Positions 45,502 through 55,149 of a stretch of 64,000 nucleotides of DNA are shown one piece after another. The notes below the pieces were generated by a model, which saw nothing but the letters and a program-made list of their open reading frames with translations, made no database searches and was not told the DNA's origin. Within the stretch, counting starts at the first letter, position 1, and every line of letters starts with the position of its first letter. The stretch is from Pedosphaera parvula Ellin514 (lineage in GTDB: Bacteria > Verrucomicrobiota > Verrucomicrobiia > Limisphaerales > JADJPG01), in contig CALQPR010000005.1 in the NCBI GenBank assembly GCA_943332515.1, forward strand, positions 35,567-99,566. The letters run 5' to 3'. Both the position numbers and the translations under genes were made by a program.

Positions 45502-46698
45502 TCATCGCACATCCAACGTGACTAGGCGGCCCGTGGCCAGTTCGGCGATCACGAGGCGGTCACTCTTTCGATCCAGCACCATGCTCGACGAGGTGGTGAG
45601 GCAACCGGACAGGATGACTGGGCTGGCATTGGGCGCGGAAACGAACTGCAGCCGGCCGGGACCAGGCGCGGGGAAGTTCAGATTGAATTCGAGCGTGAGG
45701 AAACCTGCGGGCGCGTCGCCTTCAAAGAGCGGGGTCACATCGATGGCTGCAGTCAATCCGCTCGCGATGGTTGTCTGGGTGCCGGTGACCGAATCCACCT
45801 GCTTGACTTCCGAGAGTCCGGGGAGGAACGGCGCGCCTGCGAGCAACGTGACGAGCAATTGGCCGTTGTTCCAGCGAATGCTGGTTGGGACGTTCTCGAT
45901 GAACCGCGGCCCGGCGGGGAAGTTGGGATTGGGCGTCGGGGCAAAGGTCGCCAGCGTTTGCTCGGCTCCCGACGCGCGGTCCAGCTTGCGCACATTGTTG
46001 AACCCTGCATCCACGACGTAGAGGAAGTTCTCGTCCGCCACGATGCCGTAGGGATGCGAGTGGCGGACGTTGTCCGCGAAATTCGGGCGAGGCTCGGGCG
46101 CGTAATCGGGGAAATCAGCAACCAGCCTGATGGTCATCTTGCGGCCCGCCGCGTCCACCTTTGTCAGCCTCTCGCCGGACTTCAGTGCCTGATGATCCGC
46201 CAGCGTCAACGTGATGCCCGTGGTGGTATCCTCCATCGCCGCGCTGAAATGAACTGCGAGAACGGAACTGAAGATGGGCGACGAGGGTGAGGGATTGGCG
46301 CGCTCGGTTCCCGGCACCGGCCCGGCCAAGGTGACATCGCCCTGGCCATTCAGGACATACAACGTGCGGCCATCGAGATAGACGCCAGTCGTCCCGTTGA
46401 AATCTCCGACGAATGTTCGGGCGGACGGCAGTCCATCGAGCAGTGTCCGGCGAACGCCATTTTGGTCCACGATGGAGACGCGGCCGTTATTCGGCACCTG
46501 CGGCCCGCCCTCGGCCACGATGAAGTCCCCTCGGGGAGTCTGGATGATCTTGCTTGGAGCGATCAGGCCCGTGGCCAGCGTCTCGACGGCGGGGCACGGC
46601 GCCTGCGCCATCAAGAGCGCGCCCGAACAGGCGCAGATAGCAGTGAACGCGAGGAACTTAATCCTGCGGGCGAAGATTGGAGAGTTTTTTGTTTTCAT
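45502..46698 (-). CDS. secreted beta-propeller protein (ScyD/ScyE- or NHL-like)
   Basis: Signal peptide MKTKNSPIFARRIKFLAFTAICACSGALLMAQA, then LATGLIAPSKIIQTPRGDFIVAEGG. Family assignment is tentative. Confidence 0.5.
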   Translation of the reverse strand: MKTKNSPIFARRIKFLAFTAICACSGALLMAQAPCPAVETLATGLIAPSKIIQTPRGDFIVAEGGPQVPNNGRVSIVDQNGVRRTLLDGLPSARTFVGDFNGTTGVYLDGRTLYVLNGQGDVTLAGPVPGTERANPSPSSPIFSSVLAVHFSAAMEDTTTGITLTLADHQALKSGERLTKVDAAGRKMTIRLVADFPDYAPEPRPNFADNVRHSHPYGIVADENFLYVVDAGFNNVRKLDRASGAEQTLATFAPTPNPNFPAGPRFIENVPTSIRWNNGQLLVTLLAGAPFLPGLSEVKQVDSVTGTQTTIASGLTAAIDVTPLFEGDAPAGFLTLEFNLNFPAPGPGRLQFVSAPNASPVILSGCLTTSSSMVLDRKSDRLVIAELATGRLVTLDVR

Positions 46699-46866
46699 GA
46701 TGTTTTGCACGGATGGAACACGTTTATCGCGCTCCATCTCGTCATGCGCCAAATCCCGGCGAAAAGGCTCACGCGATTTTTCATTTTGTTCTTTTTTTGT
46801 TCTTTTCGTGTGTCGTGAGCTGTTTTGAGGCTGAATGGCGCATGTATGGGCGATGAATCAATCCAC

Positions 46867-49800
46867 ATGAAGCCCGCGTCTCCTGAACAGGCCGTCTTTG
46901 CCGAAGCACTCCAGTGCGCCACGCCGGAGGCCCGCGCAGCTTACCTCGCCTCCACCTGTGGAACGGACACTGCCTTGCGCCGGCGCGTCGAAGCGTTGCT
47001 GCGCGCCGCCGAGAATGCCGGCGATTTTCTGGAACAGCCCCCCGTCGGACTGGCTGGTGATGCCGACTCGACCTCATTCGCATGCGGACTCAGCGAGAAA
47101 TCCGGCGACAGAATCGGGCGCTACAAGTTGCTCGAACAAATCGGCGAAGGTGGCTGCGGCGTGGTTTACATGGCCGAACAGGAGGAGCCAGTGCGCCGCC
47201 GCGTGGCGCTCAAGGTCATCAAGCTCGGCATGGATACCAAGTCGGTCATCGCCCGCTTCGAGGCCGAGAGGCAGGCGCTGGCGTTGATGGACCATCCGAA
47301 CATCGCGAAGGTTTTCGACGGTGGAGCAACCCAGACCGGTCGTCCTTACTTCGTCATGGAACTCGTGCGCGGCTTGCGGATCACGGAGTTCTGCGATGAA
47401 GCGCGGCTGCCGACGGACGCGCGGCTGCGGCTGTTCGTGCAAGTCTGCCAAGCCGTCCAGCACGCGCATCAGAAGGGCATCATTCATCGGGACCTCAAGC
47501 CATCGAACATCCTCGTCACGGTCAACGATGGCGCGCCTGTCCCGAAGGTCATCGACTTTGGCATCGCCAAAGCCACCGGGCAAAAGCTGACCGACAAGAC
47601 GTTGTTCACGCACTTCCATGCCTTCATCGGCACGCCGGCCTACACCAGCCCTGAGCAGGCGGAGATGAGCAGCGTCGATGTCGATACGCGCAGCGACATC
47701 TACAGCCTGGGCGTGTTGCTCTACGAATTGTTGACGGGCTGCACGCCGTTCGATGGCGAGGAGTTGCTGCGCTCAGGCCTGGATGAGATGCGGAGGATTA
47801 TCCGCGATGTGGAACCGCCCAAGCCTTCCACACGGCTTAGCAGTCATGCGCTGGCGGAGGAACGAAAGGTCACATTGGCGTCGCACGGGAGAAACGAGGG
47901 AAAAGCGCAAGTGGGATGCGGTGCGTCTTCTCCTTCCGTCCGTGTCTCCTTAGATCCTTCTCTGCCCCAAAAGCATCGACGGCTTCAAGATCACAAAGTG
48001 CGCGCCCATCGCATTCGCGGCGATCTGGACTGGATCGTGATGAAGTGTCTGGAGAAAGATCGTTCGCGCCGCTACGGCACAGCCAACGATCTTGCGGCGG
48101 ACATTCAGCGTCACCTGGCCCATGAGCCCATTCAGGCGCGGCCCGTGAGCGTTCTCGGCCGTTTTTGGCGCTGGCGTCGCAGGCATCCGGGCATCGCGAT
48201 TTTGAGTGCCAGCGTGCTGCTGCTGTTAATCGTCGTGGCGGTGGGTTCAGCGGTCGCCGCGTGGAGGGTGACCACCGCCCGACGAGCCGAGCACGCCGAG
48301 CGGCAGAAAGCAGATGCCGCCAACCGCGACCTCCGCAGCGCGAACAGCCGGTTGGCGGACACTGTCAACGTGCTGGAGCTTCGCCGGGCTGAGGACCTGT
48401 TGCGCATCAATGACTCATCCGCAGGCATCGCGCACCTTGTGGCGATGTTGCGACGCGATTCGTCGAATCATGTTGTGGCGAGTCGCCTGGTCTCCGCGTT
48501 GGTTCATCGCAACTGGGCGCTGCCGGCTCTTCCGCCCATTCTCCATCGGGATCGGGTCTCGACCGTGGCCTTCAGTCCAGACGGAAAACAGATCCTAAGC
48601 GCAAGCTGGGACAAGACCGCCCAGGTTTTTGACGCGGCATCCGGCACGTTGCGGTTTGCCGTCCATCACGATGATGCGGTCCTGATGGCGCAGTACGATG
48701 GCGTCGGCCGGCGCATCGTCACGACCTCGGCAGATGGCACGGCGAGGATTTGGAACGCGGGGAACGGCGAGCCACTGACTCCGCCCATGCGTCACAAAGG
48801 AAAAGTTCTTCGGGCGGAGTTCAGTCCGGACGGACAGAGTCTTCTCACCACGGCGGCGGAGAAACTCGTCCGGCTCTGGAACGCCACGAACGGTGCGCTG
48901 CGGTTCGAACTCCGCGCACATTCGATTGACACCACTGCTGCTCGCTTTGCGCCTGATGGCGGGCGGTTGGTGACCGCCTCTGCCTGGGGATCGATTCGTA
49001 TCTGGCCCGTCGCCTCGACGAATGTCCTCTCGCAGGTCGATGCACACTACCGGGCCATTCATTCGCTGGCCTTCAACCGTGATGACCGTCCGTTCGCCTC
49101 CGCCGGTGAAGATGGCAAAGCCTTGCTCTGGGATCTCTCCACGGGGCAACGGGTCGGTGCAGCCATGGATCACGAAGGTCCGGTGCGTCACGCAGTATTC
49201 AGTCCTGACGGCAGATGGCTGCTCACGGCAGCCCACGGCGGGGCTGCCAGTCTATGGAATGCAACCAATGGGCAGCCTGTGGGGCCGCCCATGCAGCACG
49301 ACGGCAGCGTCGTATTCGGGGCTTTTAGTTCCGATGGTCGGGCCATCGTGACCACTTCCATGGACAATTCCGCCCGGCTTTGGAGCGTGAGGAACGGAAC
49401 TCCACTTTGCCAGCCATTACGAAGCCTTGAAGCCGTCAGTCAGGCGAGATTTAGTCCGGACGGGCTGAAACTGGTCACCGGCTCCTGGGACCGAATGGTG
49501 CAGATTTGGAACATTTGGCCAACCCGTTATCAAGGCACGGAATTACGCGTTGGGAAGGGCGTGATTCTCGTGGCGTTTGACCCGCTCGGCACCTCCGTCG
49601 CCTGCGCCTCCATCGACCGGATGGTCCGGCAATGGGACGCCCGCACCGGGCAGGCCATCGGGCAGCCGATGCCGCATGAACGCCGGGTGCAATCAATTGA
49701 TTATAGCCCTGACGGGCGGCGCATTGTCACCGCGTGCGCCGACGGCGCAGCCTACCTCTGGGATACGGCCACGGGATTGAGAGTCGGAGCTCCACTCCAG

Positions 49801-50742
49801 CACAGCAACACCGTGTGGCTCGCGCAGTTCAGCCCGGACGGCGAGCGCGTGGCGACAGCGTCCGAGGACGGGACGGCGCGGGTGTGGAACGCGGCAACGA
49901 GCCAGCCATTAACCCCGCCACTCGACCATGGCGCACCGGTCAACGCCGCCCGCTTCAGCCCTGACGGTCGATGGCTCGCGACGGCTTCCGACAATTGGAG
50001 CGCCCAGGTCTGGGATGCGAGCACTGGCCGGCCGGTGACGGAGCGCCTGCCGCACCGGGACAACGTGGAATGGGTGGAGTTCAGTCCCAACGGGCAGTCA
50101 TTGGTTTCCGCTTCGAGCGACAACACGGCCCGCGTTTGGCAGATCGGAACGAGCCAGCCCATCGGCCCGCCCCTGCAACATACGCGGACGGTCCAGAAGG
50201 CGATATTCAGCCCCGATGGCCGGCGCGTGGTGACCGCGTCGTTGGATGGCACCGCGCGCATTTGGGACGCGATTACGGGAGAGGCGCAAACCAGCCCGTT
50301 GCAGCACCCAAAGGCCGTAACGCAGGTGGCCTTCAGCCCCGACGGACAACGCCTTCTGACCACGGGGTGGGACCCCACGTGGCGACTGTGGGACGCTGCC
50401 ACTGGCCATCCGCTCACTGAATGGCTGGAAGGAGGTGGCCCCGGACAAGGCGCCGTCTTTGATCCAGCCGGCCAACGTGTGGTAGCGGCGACCTTCTCCG
50501 GGAGCATCCGCGTCTGGGATACCCCACGGATATCGACTCCAGTGCCCTCATCGTTTCTGGCGCTGTCCGATGGAATCGCCGGCATGCGACTCAGCGCCCG
50601 GGGCGACGTGGAGATCGTCTCTCGTGGCGAACTGGATGAGGCTGCGAAAGGAACCGCACGGGTGGAGAAGGATGGGTTCTACGAAAGTCTTGCTCGCTGG
50701 ATGCTTGCAGACCCGACCCTGCGGACCACGTCACCGTATTGA
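46867..50742 (+). CDS. Ser/Thr protein kinase with TM segment and a large WD40 repeat array
   Basis: Kinase motifs GEGGCGVVYMA, HRDLKPSNIL, DFGIAK and PAYTSPEQ. TM GIAILSASVLLLLIVVAVGSAVAAW. At least 14 WD40-like units (FSPDG..L.T.S.D.TA..W). Confidence 0.9.
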   Translation: MKPASPEQAVFAEALQCATPEARAAYLASTCGTDTALRRRVEALLRAAENAGDFLEQPPVGLAGDADSTSFACGLSEKSGDRIGRYKLLEQIGEGGCGVVYMAEQEEPVRRRVALKVIKLGMDTKSVIARFEAERQALALMDHPNIAKVFDGGATQTGRPYFVMELVRGLRITEFCDEARLPTDARLRLFVQVCQAVQHAHQKGIIHRDLKPSNILVTVNDGAPVPKVIDFGIAKATGQKLTDKTLFTHFHAFIGTPAYTSPEQAEMSSVDVDTRSDIYSLGVLLYELLTGCTPFDGEELLRSGLDEMRRIIRDVEPPKPSTRLSSHALAEERKVTLASHGRNEGKAQVGCGASSPSVRVSLDPSLPQKHRRLQDHKVRAHRIRGDLDWIVMKCLEKDRSRRYGTANDLAADIQRHLAHEPIQARPVSVLGRFWRWRRRHPGIAILSASVLLLLIVVAVGSAVAAWRVTTARRAEHAERQKADAANRDLRSANSRLADTVNVLELRRAEDLLRINDSSAGIAHLVAMLRRDSSNHVVASRLVSALVHRNWALPALPPILHRDRVSTVAFSPDGKQILSASWDKTAQVFDAASGTLRFAVHHDDAVLMAQYDGVGRRIVTTSADGTARIWNAGNGEPLTPPMRHKGKVLRAEFSPDGQSLLTTAAEKLVRLWNATNGALRFELRAHSIDTTAARFAPDGGRLVTASAWGSIRIWPVASTNVLSQVDAHYRAIHSLAFNRDDRPFASAGEDGKALLWDLSTGQRVGAAMDHEGPVRHAVFSPDGRWLLTAAHGGAASLWNATNGQPVGPPMQHDGSVVFGAFSSDGRAIVTTSMDNSARLWSVRNGTPLCQPLRSLEAVSQARFSPDGLKLVTGSWDRMVQIWNIWPTRYQGTELRVGKGVILVAFDPLGTSVACASIDRMVRQWDARTGQAIGQPMPHERRVQSIDYSPDGRRIVTACADGAAYLWDTATGLRVGAPLQHSNTVWLAQFSPDGERVATASEDGTARVWNAATSQPLTPPLDHGAPVNAARFSPDGRWLATASDNWSAQVWDASTGRPVTERLPHRDNVEWVEFSPNGQSLVSASSDNTARVWQIGTSQPIGPPLQHTRTVQKAIFSPDGRRVVTASLDGTARIWDAITGEAQTSPLQHPKAVTQVAFSPDGQRLLTTGWDPTWRLWDAATGHPLTEWLEGGGPGQGAVFDPAGQRVVAATFSGSIRVWDTPRISTPVPSSFLALSDGIAGMRLSARGDVEIVSRGELDEAAKGTARVEKDGFYESLARWMLADPTLRTTSPY

Positions 50743-50796
50743 GCCGAGGGAGGAAATCATATTGGTGGTGATGGACCTGTAATATAGACTGCCGCC

Positions 50797-51366
50797 GTGA
50801 GCGACATCACCCGCATCCTGAACTGCATCGAACGGGGCGACGTGAAGACTTCCGAAGAACTTTTGCCGGCCGTTTACAACGAACTCCGCCGCCTGGCTAC
50901 GCACAAAATGGCGAGCGAACCTGTCGGTCATACGCTCCAGCCCACCGCGCTGGTGCATGAGGCGTGGCTTCAACTCGTGGACCCGCCGAATCAGTCGTGG
51001 CAGAACCGCGCGCACTTTTTCGGCGCGGCGGCGGAGGCCATGCGCCGCATTCTCATCGCCCGCGCCCGCCGCAAAAGCCGCCAGCGCCGCGGCTCCGGGG
51101 CCGAACACCTCGACGCGGACGCACTCGAAATCGCCAGCCCCGCGCCCGACGACCAGTTACTCGCGCTCAATGACGCCCTCGACCGTTTCGCCGCGCTCGA
51201 ACCGCAACAGGCTGAACTGGTCAAGCTCCGCTACTTTGTCGGGCTGAAAATCGAGGAAGCCGCCGATGTCCTCGGCATCTCCGAAGCCACCGCCAAGCGC
51301 TGGTGGACTTACGCCCGCGCGTGGCTGTTCAACGAAATCAGCCCGCCGCAGAGCGAGGATCGATGA
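50797..51366 (+). CDS. ECF-type sigma-70 factor (TIGR02999-like; the kinase-associated ECF class)
   Basis: ITRILNCIERGDVKTSEELLPAVYNELRRLATHKM...HTLQPTALVHEAWLQL and region 4 AADVLGISEATAKRWWTYARAWL. GTG start. Confidence 0.9.
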   Translation: MSDITRILNCIERGDVKTSEELLPAVYNELRRLATHKMASEPVGHTLQPTALVHEAWLQLVDPPNQSWQNRAHFFGAAAEAMRRILIARARRKSRQRRGSGAEHLDADALEIASPAPDDQLLALNDALDRFAALEPQQAELVKLRYFVGLKIEEAADVLGISEATAKRWWTYARAWLFNEISPPQSEDR

Positions 51367-51416
51367 AGGTGAAATGTTTTCTGTCGCGATAGTGAACTAC
51401 CGGACGTCGTCGGTGC

Positions 51417-52391
51417 TCACGAGTGGGCGATGGGGAGCACGATGCGGAAGATCGTGCCGCGATTCAACTGCGTCGAGTATTCGAGCGTGCCACCGTGTTT
51501 TTCCAGGATGCGCGCGGCGATGCTCAGGCCCAGGCCGGTGCCGCTGGCCTTGGTGGTGAAGAACGGATCGAAGAGGCGTTTGGCCACCTCGGGCGGGATG
51601 CCAGGACCATTGTCGGCGATTTCGAGAATGATCACATTGGCAGCCCGGGGACCAAGCCCGCGCCGCTCAGTGCGCGTGCGGAGAGTGACGATGCCGCCGC
51701 CGGGCATGGCTTCGGCCGCATTCTTCACGAGGTTGATGAGCACCTGTTTGAGCTGGGCGGCGTCGGCTTTGATGTGCGGGTCGGAGAGGAAGTCTTCTTT
51801 CAACTGCACGTTCGAGTTGCGCAGCGAAGGTTGAAGGAGCGGCAGCAGTTCCCGCAGGGGCTGAGTGGCTTTCATGACCGCGAACTCGGGGTCGCTCGGG
51901 CGGGCGAAGGCCAGGAAGTCATTCACGATTTTTTCGAGCCGTGAAATTTCACCGGTGAGGAAATCGTTGTCCTCCGATTCCTCGGAACCTTTCTTCAGCA
52001 GCTGCTGCTGGGTGAAGAGGCGGACTTTGATGGAGGTGAGCGGATTGCGGATTTCGTGCGCGATGCCCGCCGCGAGCACGCCGAGCGAAGAGAGTTTCTC
52101 CTGCCGCTCGATGATGAGCTGGCTGCGGCGGAGCTTCTCGATCAGGGGCGCGATGATGCCGCGATAGATGAGAGCCGCCAGCGCCGCACCCATGGCCAGC
52201 AGCACGACGGAGGACCAGGTCAGGATACGGTGAAGCTCAGCGATGTCTTGCTGGGTGGGCACGTAGTCGGCACTGCGCCGCAGGTCGTCCACCCGCTGCC
52301 AGGTGTAGGCTTCCGTCCAGATGATGATCCCCAGCGCGATGGCGATGCCGACGTAGTGCGGGAGGTAGCGTAGTTTGGCGGCGAGTTTCAC
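51417..52391 (-). CDS. sensor histidine kinase (2 TM, HisKA, HATPase_c)
   Basis: H-box AAGIAHEIRNPLTSI, N-box LINLVKNAAEAM, G-boxes DNGPGI and GTGLGLSI. Confidence 0.9.
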   Translation of the reverse strand: MKLAAKLRYLPHYVGIAIALGIIIWTEAYTWQRVDDLRRSADYVPTQQDIAELHRILTWSSVVLLAMGAALAALIYRGIIAPLIEKLRRSQLIIERQEKLSSLGVLAAGIAHEIRNPLTSIKVRLFTQQQLLKKGSEESEDNDFLTGEISRLEKIVNDFLAFARPSDPEFAVMKATQPLRELLPLLQPSLRNSNVQLKEDFLSDPHIKADAAQLKQVLINLVKNAAEAMPGGGIVTLRTRTERRGLGPRAANVIILEIADNGPGIPPEVAKRLFDPFFTTKASGTGLGLSIAARILEKHGGTLEYSTQLNRGTIFRIVLPIAHS

Positions 52392-52407
52392 GGGGTTTGC
52401 TCGGTCT

Positions 52408-52911
52408 TCAACGGTTCAACTGCCAGAGTGTGAAGTTCAATCCCGAGGCAAAGCTGACCCACATGAGATACGGCACGAGCAGCCCGGCGGCTGTGCGTTG
52501 CCTTGGCCAGAACGCGACAATCGTTCCACTGATGCCCAGCCACAGCAGGACGATTTCGCCGAACGCGAGCGCGGGATTTTTCAAGCCGAAGAATAACCAG
52601 GACCAAAGGGCGTTGAGAAACAATTGCGTCAGGAACAGCGACAGCGGGAGCCGGTTGACCCTGAAGCCACCGCGCCTCCACACCAGCCACGCCGCCACGG
52701 CCATCATCGTGTAGAGCGCGGACCAGACCGGGCCGAAGATCCAGTTGGGCGGATTCCAGGTTGGTTTCTTGAGGGCCGCATACCATTCGCCCGGCATGAA
52801 CTGCGAGCCGAAGGCCGCGGCGCTGAAACACAGCACGATCCAGGCGACGAGCGCGACGATGGATTTCCCGGCGGGCTGTCCGCTCGGCATCGGTAAACAT
52901 TTAGGAGTCAC
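52408..52911 (-). CDS. tspO: TspO/MBR tryptophan-rich sensory protein
   Basis: WYAALKKPTWNPPNWIFGPVWSALYTMMAVAAWLVW...LFLNALWSWLFFG. Confidence 0.9.
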   Translation of the reverse strand: MTPKCLPMPSGQPAGKSIVALVAWIVLCFSAAAFGSQFMPGEWYAALKKPTWNPPNWIFGPVWSALYTMMAVAAWLVWRRGGFRVNRLPLSLFLTQLFLNALWSWLFFGLKNPALAFGEIVLLWLGISGTIVAFWPRQRTAAGLLVPYLMWVSFASGLNFTLWQLNR

Positions 52912-53084
52912 TGGTAGAATGATTAGCAGGCTTCAGACCTTCGGCAAATCATGAAGAAGAACTCAGGTGAAGGCAAAGCCGGGAGGCCACCCACTGACAA
53001 CCGAGTGAGCAACGATGGCTTCCGGGCGGCCATGCGATTCACACAAGCCGCAGGGAATCGTCGGTTTAAGGCTCATTTCTCCCG

Positions 53085-53100
53085 TGGCACAGCGGCAGCT
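53085..53100 (+). promoter_or_regulatory. sigma-54-like promoter TGGCAC-N5-CAGCT
   Basis: GG and GC are at the correct 12-nt register. It lies 76 nt upstream of the response-regulator ATG. 24 of 27 nt are identical to the element at 56618. Confidence 0.45.
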
Positions 53101-53175
53101 AAAGCAGGATTCGTTCGTGGCACGAGCCACGACAGCAAACGAAAAAGCATTAAGCGTGTGACGAGTGAAAACAGC

Positions 53176-53754
53176 ATGGCAAGAAACTCAATCAACGATT
53201 CAAACAACAACCAACATCTCGAACCTATGACAGCTCAAGATCGAATCAGTGAACTCCCTGAACCTTCCGCTGCTCCTGCGCTGAAGAAGCGCATCCTGAT
53301 CGCTGATGACTCGCCACAGATCCGCGAATCACTCGGCAAGCTTCTCCGCCGCGCGAACTACGACGTCGCGTTCGCCGCCCACGGCGGGCACGTCCTCGAT
53401 CTCGCGTTCAACGAAGACTTCGACCTGCTCCTGCTCGATCTCAACATGCCGGAAATGGATGGCTGGGACGCGCTGGATCGGCTCGCCAGCATGAAGCCGA
53501 CGCTGCCGATTATCGTCATCACGGCGCAGCCCAACCAGCGCGAGTGGATCACCACGGCCGGCGCCCATGCGCTGCTGGAGAAGCCCCTCGACCTCCCGCT
53601 GCTTCTGAAGACCATTGAAGATTTCCTCCAGGAGCCGCCGGTAGCCCAGCCCGACCGCACTGCCGGCAAGCGTGAACGCTTTCGCTACGGCTGGCCTCGC
53701 CGCAACGGCACGGACCCCGGCACTGATGCGGTTCGTGGCGGAATCAACGAATGA
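53176..53754 (+). CDS. single-domain response regulator (REC)
   Basis: ILIADDSPQIRESL...DLLLLDLNMPEMDGWD...PIIVITAQ. The start is moved to ATG 53176. Confidence 0.8.
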   Translation: MARNSINDSNNNQHLEPMTAQDRISELPEPSAAPALKKRILIADDSPQIRESLGKLLRRANYDVAFAAHGGHVLDLAFNEDFDLLLLDLNMPEMDGWDALDRLASMKPTLPIIVITAQPNQREWITTAGAHALLEKPLDLPLLLKTIEDFLQEPPVAQPDRTAGKRERFRYGWPRRNGTDPGTDAVRGGINE

Positions 53755-54401
53755 CCCCAACCACCCAATCCGGAGACAACCTTATGAAACTGAGCCTGTA
53801 TGAAATCCTGAAAGCCGAGCGCGAACTCGGCGCCTCCCGCCCTTCGCCCTGGACCGTCTGGCAGCGGCTGCTGGTGCCAGTGGACTTCACCGAGGGTTCA
53901 CGCGAAGCCCTCAAGCTCGCCGTCTCGCTTGCCGCAGATCCCGAAGACCGAATTACTCTGCTGCACGTGATCGCGCCGGAGTCCGTGTTGCACCGCGGCA
54001 ATGCCGTGATGATGACCTTGAGCAAGACGGAGGCGGAGTTGCAGGCCGAGGCGGAGACACGCTTGCGCCGTTGGGCTGATCAGGAAGCCGGACCCGACAT
54101 CAAGGTCGAAACCGTCGTGCGCCGGGGCCCCGTTCATCGCGAGATTCTGCACGTCGCAGAGACACGCTCTTGCGATGTCATCGTCCTCGCCACCGAGACG
54201 AAGAATTGGTTTCAAAGGCTCTTCCTCGGCAGCGTCACGCGCCGGCTTGTGCGGAACGCGCCCTGCGCGGTCATCACGATTCGTCCACCCAGGCCGCAGC
54301 AAACAATTCCGGTGCAATTCAAACCGGATGAAGCGTGGCGTGCCACCCCCGCGAAGCGCCAGGTCATGAGGGCCGCCAAAGTAATCACCAACGCCAGGTA
54401 A
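53751..54401 (+). CDS. universal stress protein (UspA family)
   Basis: LLVPVDFTEGSREALKLAV...ITLLHVI...DVIVLATETKNWFQRLFLGSVTRRLVRNAPCAVITI. ATGA overlap with the REC stop; ATG 53784 is an alternative start. Confidence 0.8.
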   Translation: MTPTTQSGDNLMKLSLYEILKAERELGASRPSPWTVWQRLLVPVDFTEGSREALKLAVSLAADPEDRITLLHVIAPESVLHRGNAVMMTLSKTEAELQAEAETRLRRWADQEAGPDIKVETVVRRGPVHREILHVAETRSCDVIVLATETKNWFQRLFLGSVTRRLVRNAPCAVITIRPPRPQQTIPVQFKPDEAWRATPAKRQVMRAAKVITNAR

Positions 54402-54403
54402 CC

Positions 54404-55096
54404 ATGATCATTCTCCTTTTCCTCTTCACCCTCGCGATCGCGCTGCTGGCCCAGTGGCAGGTCAAACGCATGTATCGTCGCTACAGCCTGGTGCCCGCCA
54501 CATCCGGCTACACAGGGGCGGAGGTCGCGCAGAGGATCCTGCTCGGCGCGGGCATTCGCGATGTGGAAATCGCCGAGCACGACGAAATGCTGGGTGACCA
54601 CTATGACCCGCGTCACAAGCGTCTCGTCCTTTCGTCTGCGAACTACCACGGCACTTCGCTCGCCGCGCTCGGCGTGGCCGCGCACGAGGCGGGGCACGCG
54701 CTTCAGCATCAGGCCGCTTACGCGCCGCTGCACCTGCGCATGGCGGCGGTGGGCGTGACGAACTTCGCCAGCCAGATTGTCGCCTTCCTGCCGCTGGTCG
54801 GCATCATGACCGGCCTGCTCTCGACCGTCACCGGCCTCACCATTATGGCGGTGGCCTGGGGCGTGATCATGACGTTCAACCTCGTCACGCTGCCCGTCGA
54901 GTTTGATGCCTCTCGCCGCGCCAAGACCATGCTGTCGAGTTTGGGCTTCATCTCCGGCCCGGCGGAACATGCCGGCGTCAGCAAGGTGCTCAATGCCGCC
55001 GCCATGACCTACGTGGCCGCATTTATTACTTCGCTGGTTTATCTGCTCTGGTATCTCCTGCCGCTGCTTACGGGCGGGAACCGGCAGAGGGGCTGA
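54404..55096 (+). CDS. putative neutral zinc metallopeptidase (Zn_peptidase_2 family, membrane)
   Basis: QWQVKRMYRRYS...GDHYDPRHKRLVLS...AAHEAGHALQH. Confidence 0.8.
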   Translation: MIILLFLFTLAIALLAQWQVKRMYRRYSLVPATSGYTGAEVAQRILLGAGIRDVEIAEHDEMLGDHYDPRHKRLVLSSANYHGTSLAALGVAAHEAGHALQHQAAYAPLHLRMAAVGVTNFASQIVAFLPLVGIMTGLLSTVTGLTIMAVAWGVIMTFNLVTLPVEFDASRRAKTMLSSLGFISGPAEHAGVSKVLNAAAMTYVAAFITSLVYLLWYLLPLLTGGNRQRG

Positions 55097-55149
55097 AGTG
55101 CATGCGCGTCAATCGTGACGCGAAGGCGATGACCGCGTAGCCTTCACCC

